Shown here in pieces: positions 58,824 to 64,000 of a DNA stretch of 64,000 nucleotides; position 1 is the first letter of the stretch; each line of letters opens with the position of its first letter. The translations under genes and the position numbers were made by a program. The stretch spans positions 12,152,001 through 12,216,000 of the forward strand of contig CP075494.1 of the NCBI GenBank assembly GCA_021613535.1. Reading direction: 5' to 3'. Under the pieces are notes generated by a model. It was not told the DNA's origin. It was given only the letters and a program-made list of their open reading frames with translations, and searched no databases. Origin of the DNA: Adineta vaga. Lineage: Eukaryota; Animalia; Rotifera.

Positions 58824-59550
58824 GCATTTACTTGTTGATGATCATGTTGCTTCTGTTCAAAATTTTGCTGTTGGTAAACGAGCAAGTGTCTATTCATTGA
58901 CATCATCTTTATTAACTTCTCGATTTTCCCGACATAATCGACCAAGTACATCATCTTCCATCGGTTCCGCATCACTTCAAGGAACTATACGTCGATTTCC
59001 ACCACGTTTAAAAGATATTATATCACAAGTTAGTTTTCAAATGGTTTCATTAGATACCGATGACACATCATCATGTACATCAAGTCTTACTTACCATTCA
59101 GCTCAAATTCAATCTGCTATTGCAGGTACTTCAAATTCTCTAACAAAGTTTCAACGTAAAAAACGACAACGATTTAAAAGTTCGGTGAAAAAATCTGCAA
59201 CGAATGAACGTAAAGCAATGCGTGTATTACTTATTATTTTTTCTATTTTTGTTATTTTATGGACACCATTTTTTGTTATTAATCTGATTTCTTGTTTTGT
59301 TACGAATATTCATCCAATTCTAATTTCAATTGCAACATGGCTTGGATATTGTTCTTCCTGTGCCAATCCAATTATTTATACGATATTTAGTCGAACTTTT
59401 CGTCAAACATTTCTCAATATATTAACATGTCGAAAAACTGTTCATCCACGTCCATCATCACAAATGTTCAGTCCATCTGGTCATTCCATGACAATGACAG
59501 TTGGACGAAAATTTTCAACGACTAGTAAAGGACATGGCAATGTACGTTAA
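56217..59550 (+). CDS. Biogenic-amine GPCR, serotonin 5-HT2-like, with very long third intracellular loop; 5 coding exons
   Basis: GGNSLVCIAV.REKHLQNTTNYFLTSLAITDCLVACLVMP, DVCCSTSSIWH (D3.32), GSIVAFFIPL, NERKAMRVL, WTPFF, WLGYCSSCANPIIY. Confidence 0.9.
58774..58824 (+). repeat. Coding CAA/CAG repeat (Gln17) in ICL3 of the 5-HT2-like receptor
   Basis: 17 consecutive CAA/CAG codons. Confidence 0.95.
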
Positions 59551-60150
59551 TTCTCGTTCGAAAACCTTATTTTTCTATGTCAGATGTATATGTTTGTCTT
59601 TTTCTTATATAATTTTAGCTTCCTTGTACCGGTTCGGTGTGTTTTTTCTTTCTCTCTCTCTCTCTCTAGTTTATTTACGGAAGAGAAATATCAATTATCA
59701 ACTAGCACTTAAAAAGAAACAAAAAAAATCCTCAGCTGATGTTGATTAAAGAAGACATCTTAATGGATATAGTTTTAACAGTTATAAATAAACATTGAAG
59801 AATAATTTTTCAAATATAATTATTGAATTTTATGCGACAATCGACGCCCTCTACTGTTTCTGGCCGTTTCTTCCTTTTTCCTTTTTTTTCTTTGAGAAAA
59901 GCGCAAGGTTCACTGATTACATTTCTATTAGTAACCACTTGAACGTCTTTTTTCTTTTTTTTTTGAAGAAAAAGAAAACTTCGATTCATTTACTATATTT
60001 ATTTCTTCAAAAACGTTTTCCTTGAATGCATCATCGATCGTGTGTGAGAAGAAGAATTTGACGAGTTTTATAACTGATGAAAACCATCTGTTACGAGCGC
60101 ATATCATTTGAGATTCTTTTTTTCCCATTAGTTTTAATGTTTTGTCAAAA

Positions 60151-63100
60151 ATGAGTGTCAACAAAAATCGTTCAGGTGTGATTAATTTAAATCAATTAGT
60201 ATTAAATATTCCCATACGAAGAAAGTTAACTGATCAAGATGATCGAGATAAATTTGAATGGAATCAAGTATGTTCAAAGATTTGGCTTTTTCCCCCCTAT
60301 CTGCAACGATCATAATCTTCTTTTAGTGGCAAAGTGCAACAAAATCTATGAATAACGACGAAGTACCAGCCAAAGAAAAACATATTCGAAGTAAGAAATT
60401 AAAACGAGAGATACGATGAAGCTGATTCATTTAGATCTTATTATTGGAACATTTCGACTCAATGGTTCACGATTATTTTGGTCAATGGTAATTCGGATTC
60501 AAATTGATTCACATCCAATTGTTTGTTGGAAGTTTTGTTATGTTATTCATCGTCTATTAAGAGATGGACATAGACATGTAAGTTATGAATGTTGATTTTC
60601 ACGAGAGTAAAATAACAATCATTTAGGTTATTCACGATTGTATTATATTATCATCTTATTTCGATCAATTATGCAAATATTGGGTAAGTTCAAATGGATA
60701 ATGATTTTGATACGTAATTCTACTTCTTAAGAGTGGTGTTCAACAAGGTTATGGTTTATTATCGTATCGTTATTGTCATTTATTAGTATCGAAATTAAAA
60801 TTTCATGTACAAAATCCGACATTTACAGGAAATCTCACTATCGATGAGCATAATGATATTCGACGTTTATTCACTGATAATTCGAATTCATATTTTCAAT
60901 TATGTACAGAATTATTTGAATATATGGAAGAATTATTAAATCTTGTACAAGCTATATTTACATCCCTTGATCAATCACGTACAAATTCAATGACAGCAAC
61001 GGGACAATGTCGTTTAAATCCATTAATTGCTTGTATACACGATTCAAGTCTTCTCTATGATTACAGTGTGAAAGTTCTATTTAAACTTCATGAAAGTAAT
61101 GAAAATTGATTTCATCAATAATTGATTTGAAAATCAACGACTATGTAGGTTTGTCGAGTGATGCATTACAAGGTCATAGATTGAAACTATCAGATCAATT
61201 TCGAAGATTAAAACGTTTCTATAGTCAAGCATCTACTTTACAATATTTTAGAAATCTTATTAAAGTTCCGATTTTACCTGAAGTATAACGATTCTTCTTT
61301 CTTCATATTTTTATTTCTATTACTTCTCCCATTGATAGAATCCACCGAATTTCAATGTAAAAGATGCAATGAAAACTTATCAAAGTCCTGTACTAATTGT
61401 AAATACACCAGCAGCTGATTTATCACAAGGAATGGACGATCTTTTAATCAATACATCCGATGATGTAATTTGTTTCTTGTAAAACTCATTTACACTATAT
61501 TTCTTCTCTAGACTAAAACTGCCTTGAAATCTACGGTTAGTGATGATTTATCAGCGAATGGAGCCATGTTCAATCGGTTCGTAGGTTTTTCAGATTTTCG
61601 TCAATATGATATCATTCGTTGTTCTTTTTAGTTCAAAGGAAATATCTGATCTCGAACAAAGAATCATGCAGGTACAAACAATAAGATGTTCGAAATGAAA
61701 TATCTCGTATGTATTTTAGTACGATGCAATGTTAAAACAAAATCGTTCGGAAACTGATGATTTACATCGAACTATTGCAATTAAAGATGCAGAATTACTT
61801 GTTGAGAAAAATGTATGTTATTCAAATTGTCATTGAAACTTTTGAATTTGTAATTTGAAATCAATTTAGAATCGTTTACAAATTGAAGAACAACTTCGTC
61901 AACAGTTGGATAGTCGGCAACGTATTGATGAAATGCAAGCGATGGATAGTATGTTATCTTTTGTTCTCTATGAATTGAATAAGTTTAGGTGTTTTTGTTT
62001 TTGAAGAAAATTCCAATGAAAAATTCAATAAACTACTTGAAACTTATAATAAATTACGTGAAGAACATGTTGTTGTATTACGTCGAGTATGATCTGATTG
62101 TTGTTATTCAGAATCATTTATTTCGATTTAGGAAGGAGAAAATAAAAAACAATTAACAGATTTAAATCAACAACATACACAATTGAAAGACGAATATAAA
62201 GTAGAATTAGTTCTTTAATGATAATTTACTTATTTAGTTTCTAGAAAAAAGAAGAAGAATTTCATCAAAATTATGATAAACTTAATAATGAAATTATTCA
62301 ATTACGTCAAACAAATGATGTAAGTAAATTTACTCTAAAGATTCATGTATAAATGACATCTTCGTTCTTCAAGGAATTGCAAGATCGAATTCAAATACTT
62401 ACAGCTGAACGTAATGATTATCAATCGATGACAATAACGACAAAAGAACGTATAAAAGAAATTGAAAATGCAAAACAAGTATAAATTATATTGAAATTTG
62501 AATCGAATAGGATATCTTAATATACATTTAGAATGTCGAGCAAGATAAATCTACATTTGAACAAAAATTACAACAAACCGAAGGAGCACGCCGTAATTTA
62601 CACGATAAAAATCGAGTAAATCTTTGTCGATCTTTCTCTCATGAACAAAAAATAGTTATTAAAAACTTTGATTTTAGGAACATGAAGAAAATCTAATTGA
62701 TTTAATTCATGATAAAGAAATGCTTGAGTTGAAAATCATCGATTTAGAAGAAACAACACGTGAATGGATGCAGAAATATTTAGATACAACTGATAAACAA
62801 AAATTAATACAAGTTAATCATGAAAAATTGATCAATAATCTCAAACGACAATATAAATGTAAATGAAATGAAATGAAAGTCAATTTATAGTTCCTTTTTT
62901 TCTTAATCTAGATTCGATATTAACCTTTTGTATCAATCAAATGCATGATGGAATCGAACGAACAAAAGATACAGAATTATTCCATGGAAAGAATACTTTC
63001 GAAAATCTTCCATCCAAACTACAAATGGCTGTGACAGCTGCAAAGAAAATCGTTGATCTTTCGAAAAAACAAAATGAATCGGATGAAAGTTCGTACACAT

Positions 63101-63541
63101 ATTTCACTGTTAATAAATTCATCACGTAAACTGAATATTTCACAATGACTAAATCTCTATTTTAGCTACTACTTTATCATTCTTAAATGAATGTATGATC
63201 TTATCGAATTATATGGTTGATATTGTTATACATGGCAAAGCAGCGTCGAACGCCGTTTCAGATGTTAATCTCAGCAATAATTGTCGAGATGTTACTTTGC
63301 ATTGTATTGACCTTTATAATAATTATCAAACATGTTCGTATTGGAAACGTTTTTATTTCTCTTCTAAGAAATTTTTTGATTTCAGCATCAGCAACAAATG
63401 ATATTGATAAACAAATGGATGAGTTAATACAACGTTTAAATTCATTAATTGAAAAGGTTAAAACGTCCTCGAAAAAGGTAGTCTTTTATTCAAATAAACT
63501 TTATTTTTCATTCATTCTATTTCTAGAATACATCCAAATAA
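60151..63541 (+). CDS. HIP1: Huntingtin-interacting protein 1/Sla2-like (ANTH + coiled coil), about 21 small exons; model ends before any I/LWEQ domain
   Basis: EVPAKEKHIR..LIIGT, HPIVCWKFCYVIHRLLRDGH, SMTATGQCRLNPLIACI.DSS.LYDYSVKVLFKLH, LQGHR..QFRRLKRFY..ASTLQYFRNLIKVP.LPENPPNF. The last modelled exon (63527-63541) encodes NTSK*. Confidence 0.88.
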
Positions 63542-63712
63542 ATCCAAAAAAAATTACATTATAAACTAGAAGGTTTTCTTTTTATTATTTCGATATGGGT
63601 CAGTCTAGGGTATCTTGTTATTGTTATTGTTTTGAAGTATTGTTCGGTGAAATGAAAAATAAAATCATTCTAATCTGTAGACTATTGTTCAGCTGTTGAT
63701 ATCTTATTTCAT

Positions 63713-63733
63713 AGAGAGAGAGAGAGAGAGAGA
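63713..63733. repeat. (GA)n microsatellite
   Basis: About 10 GA units. Confidence 0.9.
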
Positions 63734-64000
63734 TGAAAAGAGATATATCTATATCTGTCGATAGGAATGTAATTAGAACTGTTCATTCGAGTTCAATTTC
63801 GTTTTTATGAAATCATTTCAAGTAAATTTTACAGGTACATTGTGCTTATTTTAACCTTGAAAAACTAAGTGAAGAAAGATGTAAAGTTTTGGTATGTGAC
63901 CTTGAAAGAATGTACTATTTTTATTACGAGCATTCAAGGTTTTTTCGCTCATTTATATGATTGAAGTCATTTTATTCAACGTACATATAAATACAGCACA

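Overview
AT-rich, gene-dense eukaryotic (animal) genomic DNA with many very short (~45-70 nt) GT-AG introns. The composition, intron sizes and gene content are consistent with a spiralian, most likely a bdelloid rotifer (inference). I can model 18 protein-coding genes: GH20 beta-hexosaminidase, PABP, an SLC35A nucleotide-sugar transporter, Jun, a two-PDZ-domain gene, GH35 beta-galactosidase, three tandem intermediate-filament (IF) genes, a peptide-type GPCR, a neuronal calcium sensor, an mGluR-like receptor, RAMAC, a DNALI1-like gene, Asterix/WDR83OS, a claudin-like gene, a 5-HT2-like receptor and a HIP1-like gene. I found no rRNA, tRNA, CRISPR array or recognisable transposon. Highlights: (1) hand-splicing 22 exons at 27033-35796 gives one uninterrupted ~2,270-aa giant IF protein, with ~1,700 low-complexity residues between the rod and the lamin-tail domain, next to two tail-less, nearly intronless IF paralogs; (2) the whole beta-galactosidase gene lies on the same strand inside an intron that splits a PDZ domain of a host gene; (3) three perfect AP-1 sites sit directly upstream of the jun TATA box. 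All exon models are manual and need RNA-seq confirmation.
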